Assembly (NCBI GenBank): GCA_965228895.1
Contig: OZ245842.1
Coordinates: 4,064,001 to 4,128,000, forward strand
DNA length: 64,000 nt
DNA from: Alphaproteobacteria bacterium
Lineage (GTDB): Bacteria; Pseudomonadota; Alphaproteobacteria; SP197
Direction of reading: 5' to 3'
In this document: one piece after another, positions 39,369 to 49,448 of the stretch
Layout: every line of letters begins with the position of its first letter
Numbering within the stretch: position 1 is the first letter of the stretch
The notes under the pieces: generated by a model
Told to the model about the DNA's origin: nothing
Database searches by the model: none
Seen by the model: only the letters and a program-made list of their open reading frames with translations
Translations under genes and position numbers: made by a program

Positions 39369-40591
39369 GTCAGGTCTGCCATTTCCTCAGCAACAATCTC
39401 GACGATCAATCGGCAATCGTCTTCGTCGAAGGTCAGCGGGACACGCATATCGCAGGTCTTCGACAGCACGGCCAGTGTCTTCGGCAAGGCAGGTTGTTCG
39501 CCCAGGTAATGCCAACTGTCATAGCGGCTGGTGAAACCGCGGGGTTCGTCGTCGCCGAACCACTTGAGCTCGACGCCACGGTCCAGGCAGCGCGCGACAA
39601 GCACCGGCACCTGGTCGTGCGGGAGACCTTCGGCGAAGAATTGGATGGAACTGCCGACATAGTCTTCGCGGCCATCGCGTTCGGGCACATGGACGCCCGG
39701 AATGGCGCGCAGACCGGCTTCCAGCACGCGATAGCGCGCGTTCCAGCGGGCGACCTGGTGGTCGAGATCGCCGAGTTGGGCGTTCAAGATGGCGGCACGC
39801 AGGTTGTCCATACGGCCGCTGAAGTTGGCCGTCTCCAGACGCACCTTGCGGAACACCTCTTCCGACGGCGCGGCGCCATGGCGTTCATAGAGCATGTACG
39901 ACCCCGAATGGACGATCGCGCGTGCGGCGATCTCCGGATCATCGGTGGTCAGCAACCCGCCCTCGCCCGAGTTGATGTGTTTGTAAGTCTGGGCGCTGAA
40001 ACAGGCGACCCGCCCGAAGTTGCCCGAGCGCACGCCGTCCCAGCGCGCGCCCATGGTGTGAGCGCAATCCTCGATCAGCGTGATGTCGAATTCGTCACAG
40101 ATCGCCACGATGGCCGCCATGTCGCCGATATGGCCGCGCATGTGGGAGAGCATCAGGAACCGCGCGCCGCTGGCCTCGGCCTTGGCCCTCAAGTCGTCGA
40201 GGTCGATGTGATAGCCGGCGTCGATCTCGATCAGCACCGGTATGCCGCCGGCGGCATGAATGGCGCCGGGTACGGGCGCCAGCGTATAGGCGTTGGCCAG
40301 CACCTTGTCGCCGGGTTTGAGGCCGGCCGAACGCATGGCGAGATGCAGCGCGTAGCCGCCGGACGTGCATGCCAGGCAATAGGCCGTGCCCTGAAAGGCG
40401 GCGTAGGCAGCCTCCAGCTTCGAGGCCTCGGAGACTTCGCCCGGCTCGGTGTTGTAGCGGTGCAGCCGGCCGGACTGCAGGACCTCGAGCGCGCGCGCGA
40501 TACCCGCTTCGGGAATCGGCTCCTGTTGCGTAAAGGACTTGGTGAAGCGCCGGGGCGGCGCCTCACTCGTAGCGTTTCTGCTCGTAGACAT
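39365..40591 (-). CDS. DegT/DnrJ/EryC1/StrS family PLP aminotransferase
   Basis: LSHMRG, IEDCAH, FSAQTYKHINSGEGG. Probable start ATG 40591, overlapping the upstream gene. Confidence 0.88.
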   Translation of the reverse strand: MSTSRNATSEAPPRRFTKSFTQQEPIPEAGIARALEVLQSGRLHRYNTEPGEVSEASKLEAAYAAFQGTAYCLACTSGGYALHLAMRSAGLKPGDKVLANAYTLAPVPGAIHAAGGIPVLIEIDAGYHIDLDDLRAKAEASGARFLMLSHMRGHIGDMAAIVAICDEFDITLIEDCAHTMGARWDGVRSGNFGRVACFSAQTYKHINSGEGGLLTTDDPEIAARAIVHSGSYMLYERHGAAPSEEVFRKVRLETANFSGRMDNLRAAILNAQLGDLDHQVARWNARYRVLEAGLRAIPGVHVPERDGREDYVGSSIQFFAEGLPHDQVPVLVARCLDRGVELKWFGDDEPRGFTSRYDSWHYLGEQPALPKTLAVLSKTCDMRVPLTFDEDDCRLIVEIVAEEMADLT

Positions 40592-41870
40592 CGAACTCCC
40601 AGTTCTGGCCGGGGTAGTACTTACGCAAGCGCCAGTCGCAGGCGCGCGCATGGCCTTCCATGCCCTCGATGCGAGAGATCCGCGATCCCGCCGCGCTGAA
40701 GGTCAGGTTCGCCGCTTCATCGAGCTGCTGATAGGTTAAGACCTTCATGAACTTCTGGACGTTCAGCCCGCCGGTGTAACGCGCCGCGCGCCTTGTCGGC
40801 AGGATGTGATTGGTGCCCGAACACTTGTCGCCATGGGTCACCGTGCTGCCCTCGCCCAAGAACAGCGAACCGTAGCAGCGCAGGTTGTCGCGCCACCAAT
40901 TGAGATCCTCGGCGATCACCTGCAGATGCTCCGGCGCGTATCGGTCGGCGACCGCGCAGGTTTCCTCGCGGCTGTCGCACACGACGATCTCGCCATAGTC
41001 GCGCCAGGCGTCGTGGACCACCTGCGGTTCCGGCATGTCATCGGCAACATCGGGCAGGATGCGCGTGACGGTCTCGGCGATGTCGCGCGATGTCGTGAAG
41101 AGCCAGACCGGCGAGTTCGGCCCATGCTCGGCCTGAGACACCAGGTCGACGGCGATGGTCATGGGATCGGCGCTGTCATCGGCGATGATCGCCGACTCGG
41201 TGGGCCCCGCGAAAAGATCAATGCCGACCTCGCCGAACAGCAGGCGCTTGGCTTCGGCGACATAGGCATTGCCGGGACCGGCCAGGATATCCGCCGGTCG
41301 GCAGCCAAAGAGACCGAACGCCATGGTCGCGATCGCATGAACGCCGCCCATCTCCAGGATCATGTCGGCACCGGCCAGGTCCATGGCAAACGCGACTGCC
41401 GGATCGATGGAATCGCCGCGCGGCGGCGAACTGGCAACCACCATGGGTACGCCCGCCACTTTCGACGTCGAGACGCTCATGATCGCTGATGCCGCATGGG
41501 CATAACGCCCGCCAGGCACATAACAGCCGGCGCAATCGACCGGCACCAACCGCTGACCCAGTTTGACGCCGGGCACGGTCTCGATCTCGAACCCGTGCAG
41601 ACTGTCACGCTGAGCTTCGGCAAAGCGGCGCACCTGGTCATGGGCAAACCGGATGTCGTCCTTGACCGTCTCCGGCACGGTCGCAATCAGATCCCGTCGT
41701 TTCTGATCGGACAACACGAAGTCGCCACCGCGCCCGTCAAATTTTTCAGCGTATTCGGCGACCGCCGCCTCACCACGCGCGCGGATGTCATCCAGCATCG
41801 ACGCCACCGTCGCTTTGACAGCGACATCGTCGGCTTCCGGTTCCCGCGCTGCCTTCTTGAAGTGGTCCAT
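40563..41870 (-). CDS. Histidinol dehydrogenase-family protein (HisD/HpsN-like)
   Basis: GCYVPGG, GPGNAYVAEAKR, AGPTE, SQAEHG, APEHL, SGTNHILPT, EGMEGH. Start ATG 41870. No his operon context. Confidence 0.85.
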   Translation of the reverse strand: MDHFKKAAREPEADDVAVKATVASMLDDIRARGEAAVAEYAEKFDGRGGDFVLSDQKRRDLIATVPETVKDDIRFAHDQVRRFAEAQRDSLHGFEIETVPGVKLGQRLVPVDCAGCYVPGGRYAHAASAIMSVSTSKVAGVPMVVASSPPRGDSIDPAVAFAMDLAGADMILEMGGVHAIATMAFGLFGCRPADILAGPGNAYVAEAKRLLFGEVGIDLFAGPTESAIIADDSADPMTIAVDLVSQAEHGPNSPVWLFTTSRDIAETVTRILPDVADDMPEPQVVHDAWRDYGEIVVCDSREETCAVADRYAPEHLQVIAEDLNWWRDNLRCYGSLFLGEGSTVTHGDKCSGTNHILPTRRAARYTGGLNVQKFMKVLTYQQLDEAANLTFSAAGSRISRIEGMEGHARACDWRLRKYYPGQNWEFDVYEQKRYE

Positions 41871-41883
41871 AACGTCGTTCCTT

Positions 41884-44298
41884 CTAAGCGCGCGGCCGTT
41901 CGTTGGCCGGATCGAAGATCGGCTCTGCGACCACCGTTGCGGGATACCGCGTGCCGATGATCTGGATTTCGAGCTGCGTGCCTTCGCCGGCGCTATCGAC
42001 CGGCAGGAAACCCATGGCGATATTCTTGTCGACGGTGAAACCGTAACCGGCCGATGTGACGGCACCCAGGAGCCGCTCGCCGTCATAGATGGGATCGCCT
42101 GCGTGGGCCGACGCGATGTCGCAGTCGACGATCATCGGTACGAAACGGCTGGCGACGCCCTCCTGCTTCTGCTGCATCAAAGCGCCCCGACCGATGAAGT
42201 CGCCCTTGTCGAATCGGACGAACCGTTCAAGACAGGTTTCAAGCGGTGTGCGTTCGGTGATCAGGTCCGCCTTCCAGTGGCGGTAGCATTTCTCGAGCCG
42301 CATGGCCTCGTTGGCGAGCGAGCCGAAGTGGACGAGACCCAGGTCCGCGCCGGCCGCGACAACGCGATCATAGACCACCTGCTCGTGGTCGGCGGGCATG
42401 TGGATTTCCCAGGCGAGTTCGCCGGTGAAACCGACGCGCATAACCTCGGCCTCGCACGATCCGACATCGATGCGCTGCGCACTCAGCCACGGGAAGGCTG
42501 GGTTCGACAGGTCGGCATCGGTCAGCCGCCCCAGCAGCTCGCGCGAGCGTGGCCCGGCGATCGCCAGACACTGATGGCTTGCGGTCAGGTTCATCAGCGT
42601 GACGTCTTCGCCGGCCAGGTTCTGATTGAGCCAATCCCAATCGTGATACTCGGCGGGCGCGGCGCTCAACAGCCAGAAGCGGTCCTCGGCCAGGCGGTTG
42701 ACCGTGGCCTCGCCGACGACGCGTCCGTTCTCGTTGCAGAAATAGGCGAGGCCTACGCGCCCAATCTTGGGCAACCGATTTGTGCTGAGACGGTCGAGAT
42801 AGGCCGCAGCGTCCGGGCCGGCCAGCTCGAAGCGGGTGAAACCGCTGATCTCCATGACCCCCACCCGCTCGCGCACGGCCTTGCATTCGCCGGCCACCAC
42901 ATCGAACCATGTGGAGTGGCGGAAACTCGGCACATGCGTGAAGTCCGGATCGTCGGGTCTGTAGTAGAGCGCGCGCTCCCAGCCGTTGATCACGCCGAAC
43001 TCCGCGCGTGCTTCCTTCAGCACCGGATAAAGCTGCGTGGTCTTGGCGGGCCGACCGGCAGGCCGATGCTCGTCGGGCATGTGGAAGCGAAACTCGTTCT
43101 GGTAGTCCTCGATGGCGATCGCCGTCGTGTAGGCAATGTCGACGTGACCGGTGAAACGGCGGGGGTCGAGCGCCCAGGTATCCCACTCGGCTTCGCCATG
43201 CACCATGATCTCGGCCAAGAGCTTGCCGTGGCCGCCGCCTTCGCCGATACCGGCGCGCAGGCCGAGACACGCATAGGCGTTATCGACGCCGGGGACCTTG
43301 CCGATCAGCGGTAAACCGTCAGCCGAATAGGTGATCGGGCCGTTGATGTTGCGCTTGATGCCAGTCTCTGCCAGTACCGGCAAGCGCTCGAAGACGCGGT
43401 CCATGTTATCGAGCAGACGATCGAGATCGTCGGGACACAGCGACATCGTGAAATCAGGCGAAATGCCGTCGAGCCCCCAGGTCTTGCAACCCTGTTCGTA
43501 GATACCGACCAACAGGCCCGTGCGTTCCTGGCGGCTGTAGAAGTCGTCGCCGGGATCACGGATGATCGGCACCCGGCGGTCCATGGCGGCGAGTTCCGGG
43601 ATCTCCTCGGTCACGAAGTACTGGTGCTCCATCGACATGACCGGATGGGTGACGCCGATCATCGCGCCGACCTCGTTGACCCGGTAGCCCGTCGCGTTGA
43701 CGATCTTCTCGCAGGTGATGTCGCCGTCCTTGGTGTGGACGACCCACTCGCCGCTTGCCTTGCGGTCGATCGCCTCGACCGGGTTGAAGCGGTAGATTTC
43801 GGCACCGGCGTTGCGTGCGCCGCGCGCCAGCGCCTGGGTCAGGCCGCTGGGATCGATATCGCCGTCAACGGGATCCCACAGCGCGCCCATGAGACCATCG
43901 GTCTTCATCAAGGGGTGGCGCCGCCCACATTCGTCAGCGGGCAACAGCTCGAAGTCGACACCCATGCCTTTGGCCATGCCGATGAAGTGGTTGTAGCCGT
44001 CGATATGGTCCTGGGTGTGGGCCAGCCGGATGCCGCCGGTGATGTGGTAGGTGATCGGGAAATCCGCGTCGGCGGCCAGCTCGGCATAAAGCTGGGTCGA
44101 ATACTTCTTGAGCCCGACCATCACCTGGATCGCGCCGAACTGTGTGACCTGGGCGGCCGCATGCCAGGTCGATCCGGACGTCAGCTCGTCGCGCTCGACA
44201 AGCACGACGTCGTCCCAGCCCTCTTTGGTCAGGTGATAGAGCGTGCTGCATCCCCCGATGCCACCGCCAATCACGACCACCCGCGCATGTGTTTTCAC
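41884..44298 (-). CDS. GcvT-family FAD-dependent dehydrogenase (dimethylglycine/sarcosine dehydrogenase-like)
   Basis: GGGIGG, ELTSGSTWHAA, NGPITYSAD, GWER, GFTGELAWEIH, RLEK, C-terminal aminomethyltransferase domain. Confidence 0.92.
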   Translation of the reverse strand: MKTHARVVVIGGGIGGCSTLYHLTKEGWDDVVLVERDELTSGSTWHAAAQVTQFGAIQVMVGLKKYSTQLYAELAADADFPITYHITGGIRLAHTQDHIDGYNHFIGMAKGMGVDFELLPADECGRRHPLMKTDGLMGALWDPVDGDIDPSGLTQALARGARNAGAEIYRFNPVEAIDRKASGEWVVHTKDGDITCEKIVNATGYRVNEVGAMIGVTHPVMSMEHQYFVTEEIPELAAMDRRVPIIRDPGDDFYSRQERTGLLVGIYEQGCKTWGLDGISPDFTMSLCPDDLDRLLDNMDRVFERLPVLAETGIKRNINGPITYSADGLPLIGKVPGVDNAYACLGLRAGIGEGGGHGKLLAEIMVHGEAEWDTWALDPRRFTGHVDIAYTTAIAIEDYQNEFRFHMPDEHRPAGRPAKTTQLYPVLKEARAEFGVINGWERALYYRPDDPDFTHVPSFRHSTWFDVVAGECKAVRERVGVMEISGFTRFELAGPDAAAYLDRLSTNRLPKIGRVGLAYFCNENGRVVGEATVNRLAEDRFWLLSAAPAEYHDWDWLNQNLAGEDVTLMNLTASHQCLAIAGPRSRELLGRLTDADLSNPAFPWLSAQRIDVGSCEAEVMRVGFTGELAWEIHMPADHEQVVYDRVVAAGADLGLVHFGSLANEAMRLEKCYRHWKADLITERTPLETCLERFVRFDKGDFIGRGALMQQKQEGVASRFVPMIVDCDIASAHAGDPIYDGERLLGAVTSAGYGFTVDKNIAMGFLPVDSAGEGTQLEIQIIGTRYPATVVAEPIFDPANERPRA

Positions 44299-44384
44299 CG
44301 GCGCCTTCCTCCCATAACCGCGCCCTTTGAGCGCTAATTGCCACCCGCGGCAACGTCAAACGGCTTCGGCGATTCTGACCTGCC

Positions 44385-44403
44385 GCTTCGGTTTTCTCGA
44401 AGC
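44385..44403. promoter_or_regulatory. Putative LysR-type operator (T-N11-A) in the divergent promoter region
   Basis: GCTTCG-N7-CGAAGC palindrome containing T-N11-A between the divergent dehydrogenase and MttB-family genes. A LysR gene lies at 46053-47057. Confidence 0.5.
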
Positions 44404-44488
44404 ACCAATTCGGAGTCGTTGCGGACGGTCAAAATCATGCAAAAATCACCCCTGGAGACACGAACGTGGACGGGAGATACGGCCTGCC

Positions 44489-46042
44489 ATGTCATCTGAA
44501 GAACCGAGAGCGGGACGGCGCGGCAGGGCCGCGCGAGTCGCCGCGCGGACCGCTGACCAACCAGAGGTCAATCCCTGCCCGCCGGGCCAAAAGGGCGGTC
44601 AGTACCGGCCCCTGACCGATGACGGATTGCGGGCGGTCTATCAAACGGCACTCCGCATCCTCGACGAGATCGGTATGGCCGAGGTACCGGCGGCGCTGCA
44701 CGAAAAGGCGCTTGAAGGCGGTGCCCAAGTCAACGCGCTCGGCCGCCTATCCTTCCCGCAAGCCATGGTCGAGGACATCATCGACGGCGCGGCGAAGTCC
44801 TTCGTTTTTCATGGCCGCGATGCCCGGCACGACTTCGAGGTCGGCGGCGACCGGGTGTTCTATGGCACCGGCGGCGCGGCCGTGCAGACGCTGGACCTGG
44901 ATACCGGCCTTTACCGTCCCTCGACGCTGGTCGACCTCTACGACTTCACGCGCCTGGTCGACACGCTGACCAATATCAGCTGGTTCACGCGCTGCTGTGT
45001 CGCGACCGACGTGCCGGACAACCTGGATCTCGACATCAACACCGCCTACGCGCTTGCCGCCGGCACCACCAAACCGGTCGGCACCAGCTTTACCATCGGC
45101 GACTACCTCGACCCCATCGTCGACATGTTCGACATGGTGCTGGGCGGCGAAGGACGGTTCCGCGAACGGCCGTTCTGCAAGGCCCATATCAGCCCGGTCA
45201 TCTCGCCGCTGCGGTATGGCGAAGACGCGTTCGACGTGACGCTCGCCGCGATCCGCCACGGCATGCCGATCAACACGATCATCGCCGCGCAGTCGGGCGC
45301 GACCGCACCGGCGACACTCGCCGGCATGCTGGCGCAGACCACGGCGGAAACCCTGGCGGCGCTCATCATGGTGAACCTGTTCGCACCCGGTCATCCCGTC
45401 ATCTTTTCCAACTGGCCCTTTGTGATCGATCTCAGGACCGGCGCGTTTTCCGGCAGCGGCGGCGAGATCTCGGTGATGAACGCGGCATCGGCCCAGATCG
45501 GCAACTGGCTTGGTCTGCCGACCGGCGTCGCTTCGTCCATGGCCGACGCCAAGGCGGTCGATGCGCAGATGGGCGCGGAGAAGGGCATGTCGGCGCTCGC
45601 CGCCGGTCTCGCCGGCGCCAACATGATCTATGAGTCCGCAGGCATGATGGCGAGCTTGCTGGGCGTGTCCTATGAAGCCTTCGTGCTGGATGACGAGATG
45701 CTGAGCCACATGAACCGCGCCGTGCGCGGCATCGAGATCGATGAAGAAACGCTCGGGTTCGACGCCATCCGCGAAGCCGTCACCGGCGAGGGCCACTTCC
45801 TGGGCGGCGCCCACACCATGGCCGCCATGCAGCGCGACTATTTCTATCCGACGCTTGCCGATCGCGATGCGCCGGTGACCTGGGCCGAGGCCGGCGCGCC
45901 AGACATCTGGACGAAGGCCAACGAGAAGGCCCGCGAGATCCTGTCTGCCAACCACCCCGCCTACATCGAACCGGCGGTCGACGCGCGCATCCGCGAGCGT
46001 TTCAAGATCCTGCTTTCGCCTGAACAGATGATGCCGGGATAG
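44489..46042 (+). CDS. Trimethylamine methyltransferase (MttB/MtgB) family protein, non-pyrrolysine
   Basis: RRGRAAR N-terminus, ISPLRY, GATAPATLAG, DLRTG, D-x-K-x-x-DAQ-x-G-x-E, GHFLG. No in-frame amber codon. Confidence 0.9.
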   Translation: MSSEEPRAGRRGRAARVAARTADQPEVNPCPPGQKGGQYRPLTDDGLRAVYQTALRILDEIGMAEVPAALHEKALEGGAQVNALGRLSFPQAMVEDIIDGAAKSFVFHGRDARHDFEVGGDRVFYGTGGAAVQTLDLDTGLYRPSTLVDLYDFTRLVDTLTNISWFTRCCVATDVPDNLDLDINTAYALAAGTTKPVGTSFTIGDYLDPIVDMFDMVLGGEGRFRERPFCKAHISPVISPLRYGEDAFDVTLAAIRHGMPINTIIAAQSGATAPATLAGMLAQTTAETLAALIMVNLFAPGHPVIFSNWPFVIDLRTGAFSGSGGEISVMNAASAQIGNWLGLPTGVASSMADAKAVDAQMGAEKGMSALAAGLAGANMIYESAGMMASLLGVSYEAFVLDDEMLSHMNRAVRGIEIDEETLGFDAIREAVTGEGHFLGGAHTMAAMQRDYFYPTLADRDAPVTWAEAGAPDIWTKANEKAREILSANHPAYIEPAVDARIRERFKILLSPEQMMPG

Positions 46043-46052
46043 CTCTTCGCAG

Positions 46053-47057
46053 CTAGTCGCCGAGCATACGGAAGTCAGCCTCGGCCCATGGTGCTATCTG
46101 CAGGAACTGTGATCGCAGCCGCTCGTCGATCAACCGGCGGCACAACTGCGCGAGTTTCTCCGGCAGCTTGCCGAGTTCGTCGCGGCGCGCGATCAACGAG
46201 ATCGTCCGTGAGAAGCCGGAGAACGGCAGCGGCATGACATCGAGTTCCGGCGGGAAACGCTCGCTGTCCAGAACCGAAAGCGGCGTCGTGATTGTCCAGC
46301 CCCGGCAGCTGCGCACCATGGCGAAAACCGAGCGCGACACGTTGAACGAATAGCGCTGCGGCGGGTCGAGCTTGAGGCGCCTCAGATGCCGCGTGATGGC
46401 GCGCCCCATGGGCATCGCCGGACTGAAGTGGACATAGGGCCTGGCCATCAACTGGTCGAGCACGTCGTGGCTTTGATCGATGACACCCGGTGCGGCAGCG
46501 GCGATAAACGGCTCCTGCAGCAGCGGATGCAGATCGAGCCCGTCGATATCGGAGGGCATTTCAGCGCTGACGGCAATGTCGGCCGCGCGCGCGCGAAGCG
46601 CCTGGTTGACCCCGTCCGATCCATCGGAGGTCGCGGAAAACAGGCATTTGGGATAGAGCCCCTGCAGATGGCCGACCAGATCGGGTGTGATCGATGCATC
46701 GAGATCATCGATGATCGCGAGCCGCAGCTCCGGCAGCGCCGACAAGCTCAGTTCCATCAGCTCGGTGCGCGCTTCGCTGACCGCTTCGAGGATGCGATGG
46801 GCGTGACGGCGCAACAGCAGGCCGACCGGCGTCAAGGCGACCGGCTTGGCAGATCGGTCGAAAACGCGCGCGCCGACCGACCGTTCGAGATTGGAGATCT
46901 GCTGCGACACCGTCGAGGGACTGGCGCCGATGCGCGCCGCCGCGGCGGTCAGCGAGCCGGCCTCCTCGACCGCCATGAAGATCCTGAGCGCCCGCAAGGT
47001 CAGCCCCGGCGCGTCGGTGGCGTCGTCCCCGTCAGGACGCAGGCTTTCGCTCGCCAT
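46053..47057 (-). CDS. LysR-family transcriptional regulator
   Basis: HTH LRIFMAVEEAGSLTAAA...SPSTVSQQISNLE...FDRS and a substrate-binding domain. Confidence 0.92.
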   Translation of the reverse strand: MASESLRPDGDDATDAPGLTLRALRIFMAVEEAGSLTAAAARIGASPSTVSQQISNLERSVGARVFDRSAKPVALTPVGLLLRRHAHRILEAVSEARTELMELSLSALPELRLAIIDDLDASITPDLVGHLQGLYPKCLFSATSDGSDGVNQALRARAADIAVSAEMPSDIDGLDLHPLLQEPFIAAAAPGVIDQSHDVLDQLMARPYVHFSPAMPMGRAITRHLRRLKLDPPQRYSFNVSRSVFAMVRSCRGWTITTPLSVLDSERFPPELDVMPLPFSGFSRTISLIARRDELGKLPEKLAQLCRRLIDERLRSQFLQIAPWAEADFRMLGD

Positions 47058-48064
47058 CAGTCCAACCGGTAGACGCGCACGGCGGTATCGTGGAAGAGCG
47101 CGCGCCGCTCATCCGACGAGAAACCTTCGGCGATACGTTTGAAGGCGTTCCACATGACACCATAGGAACACGACACCTTGTCGACGGGGAAGTTACTTTC
47201 GAACATGCAGCGATCGGGGCCGAAGAGATCGATGGTGTGCAGGAACCAGTCGCGGCTTGCTTCTGCGAGCTCGGCCGATGTCGGCGGTTTCTCCCTGTGC
47301 TCCCAACCGTAACCGTTCAGTGCCATCCACAGACCGCCGATCTTGGCGACGACATTGGGACACTCGGCCAAAGCGGCGACGTCGCGTTGCCACTGTTTGA
47401 AGACGTCGTCGCGCTTTCCTTCATAGGATCCGATGCCAAGGGGGCCGCCGAAGTGATCGAAGATGATCGTCACATCCGGTTGGCTCCTGGCTAGCGCGGT
47501 CAACTCAGAGATCTGCGGGTGGTAGAGCCAGGCGTCGAACGTCAGTCCATGCGCCTTCAAGCGCGAAAATCCTTCACGGAACGTCGCATCGGCCATCAGG
47601 CCTTGCGGCGAGTTCTTGTAACCGATGATGGATTCGTTGCTGTCCCAGGCGACGGAATGGCGGATGCCGCGAAGGCGTGCGGGCGCCGCGGCGCGATGCG
47701 CCTCCAACACCTCGTCGACCGCGGCACCGAGCGTCAGGTCCGCAAAACTGACGATACCCTTGCAGGGGCGGATGTCGCCGTAACTGCCGCTGGCGCCTTG
47801 GGCGGCGATCCCGTTGACGAACTCGGTCTCGCCGACCGGCGCCAAGTGTTCGGAGCCATCGGCGCGGTACATGGATGACGCTTCGACATAGACCGTGGCG
47901 ACAACGTTGTGGCCGCTGTCGATGTCAGCCAGGAGCTCGTCCAGCATGTAACGGTCGCGCGGGTAGTCCCAGAGATGATGATGCGGATCGATGATCGGCA
48001 GATCCGGATCCAACGCCTCTTCGTTGACCTGAGCCAGCCAGCTTTGATTGATCGGCATGATCAC
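47057..48064 (-). CDS. Amidohydrolase_2 family protein
   Basis: IDPHHHLW, RGIRH, DHFGGP, FESNFPVDK, YRL. Alternative start 48058. Confidence 0.88.
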   Translation of the reverse strand: MIMPINQSWLAQVNEEALDPDLPIIDPHHHLWDYPRDRYMLDELLADIDSGHNVVATVYVEASSMYRADGSEHLAPVGETEFVNGIAAQGASGSYGDIRPCKGIVSFADLTLGAAVDEVLEAHRAAAPARLRGIRHSVAWDSNESIIGYKNSPQGLMADATFREGFSRLKAHGLTFDAWLYHPQISELTALARSQPDVTIIFDHFGGPLGIGSYEGKRDDVFKQWQRDVAALAECPNVVAKIGGLWMALNGYGWEHREKPPTSAELAEASRDWFLHTIDLFGPDRCMFESNFPVDKVSCSYGVMWNAFKRIAEGFSSDERRALFHDTAVRVYRLD

Positions 48065-49380
48065 TCCTTACCATGGCGTAACACGCCGGCGAGCGCCGCG
48101 CCAATCGGGCACGGCGACACATCGAGGTGACGGCGCATCAGAACCGAGAAAGTAATGCCGGAGGCGGCAAGCACCAGAGCGGTACCGGCAGCGGCACCGT
48201 TGATGCCATATGGCGGAATAAGGAGAAAATTCAGGACGATGCTGGCAAGCAGAACACTGAGCATCACCCACATCACCCGTTGTTCGTTCCCGGCATACTG
48301 CAGCCACACGGCCGACAAAGCGAGCACCGTGCTGACAAAGTAACCACTGACCAGGATTGTCAACGCCGGTGCGGCAACAGTGTAGTCGGACCCGAACAAG
48401 GACAGGATTTGGGGCGCCAAGATGACAAGCCCCAACGCGGTCGGTATCGCCAAACACAACAAAATCCTGAAACCTCGAACATGAAGATCGGCAACCGCCT
48501 CGGTGCCGTCCTGCAACGCGCCGGCGATCAGCGGCGCCAGTAAGCCAACGCCCGTGGTCTGGGCCAGCACGATGAGATGGACAGATGTCGAGGCAGCGCC
48601 GAAGTAGCCGACATCGGATTCGTCCGCCAGCACTTCGATCATGAACAGATCGACCTGGCTTAGACCGACTTGCAATATCATGACCAGCATCATCGGTATG
48701 GACGCACGCAGCCAGTCCTTAGGCTTGGCGAGCTCGCGATCACGACGTATCGGCACCAGCACCAACCGCTGGGCATAGACAATCTGAAACGCAAGTAACA
48801 GGATCGCCGTGACGAAAGCCAGCCACAGCACCCGAATGTCCGTCATTTCGCCGACAACATAGGCAACGACCAAGACCAGAACGAGTTTGGCCAGCGGGAA
48901 CCCGACGCGCCATGGCAGGTTGGCAAGATCGACGCGTTTGGCCGCCAGGAAGATGCGGCCCAATAGCGTCGACGCCGCACCAAGGGGGATGACAAGCGAA
49001 GCGACCAGTAGCGGATGACGGTTGGCGAGATCGGTCGGGCCGAAATGCAGCAGGCTGATGACAATCGTCAACGCGATAAGCACGAGCGACAGCCCTACCA
49101 TGATGACCAGGTAGAGTCGCACATACTCCCAAACACCGGCCCGGTCGTCCGACTCCAAGCGGGCCGCGAGAAAACGCGGCGCAGCACGGTCACCGCCCAA
49201 CAGGACGGCCATGGCGGAGATGTTGAGGAACGCCATGGCGACTTTGAAGTCACCGTAGTCGTACGGCGCCAGGAAACGCGCGACACCGAGGTTGAGGGCG
49301 TAGTCGGCGAAGAACCCACCGACGCCCGCGGCGATCATGATGATCGTACCGCGTTCGAGATACTTGGTGTCTGCCGTCAT
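48061..49380 (-). CDS. Wzx/MOP-superfamily flippase-like membrane protein (paralog B)
   Basis: Start MTADTKY (ATG 49380), ARFL...DYGDF, D-x-FMI...VG-x-F, LNFLLIPPYGINGAA. Confidence 0.82.
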   Translation of the reverse strand: MTADTKYLERGTIIMIAAGVGGFFADYALNLGVARFLAPYDYGDFKVAMAFLNISAMAVLLGGDRAAPRFLAARLESDDRAGVWEYVRLYLVIMVGLSLVLIALTIVISLLHFGPTDLANRHPLLVASLVIPLGAASTLLGRIFLAAKRVDLANLPWRVGFPLAKLVLVLVVAYVVGEMTDIRVLWLAFVTAILLLAFQIVYAQRLVLVPIRRDRELAKPKDWLRASIPMMLVMILQVGLSQVDLFMIEVLADESDVGYFGAASTSVHLIVLAQTTGVGLLAPLIAGALQDGTEAVADLHVRGFRILLCLAIPTALGLVILAPQILSLFGSDYTVAAPALTILVSGYFVSTVLALSAVWLQYAGNEQRVMWVMLSVLLASIVLNFLLIPPYGINGAAAGTALVLAASGITFSVLMRRHLDVSPCPIGAALAGVLRHGKE

Positions 49381-49448
49381 TTGCACGACCGATAGGGCGC
49401 CGACGCCAGTGTAGACGCCGACGGCGTCGCAGCGCACGCTCCCGACAT

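Noticed and set aside
39095-43314. 534-aa and 509-aa plus-strand ORFs
   Set aside because: Antisense to well-supported minus-strand enzymes.
44489-46042. Pyrrolysine recoding in the MttB-family gene
   Set aside because: The ORF is uninterrupted with no in-frame TAG, and no pyl genes are present.
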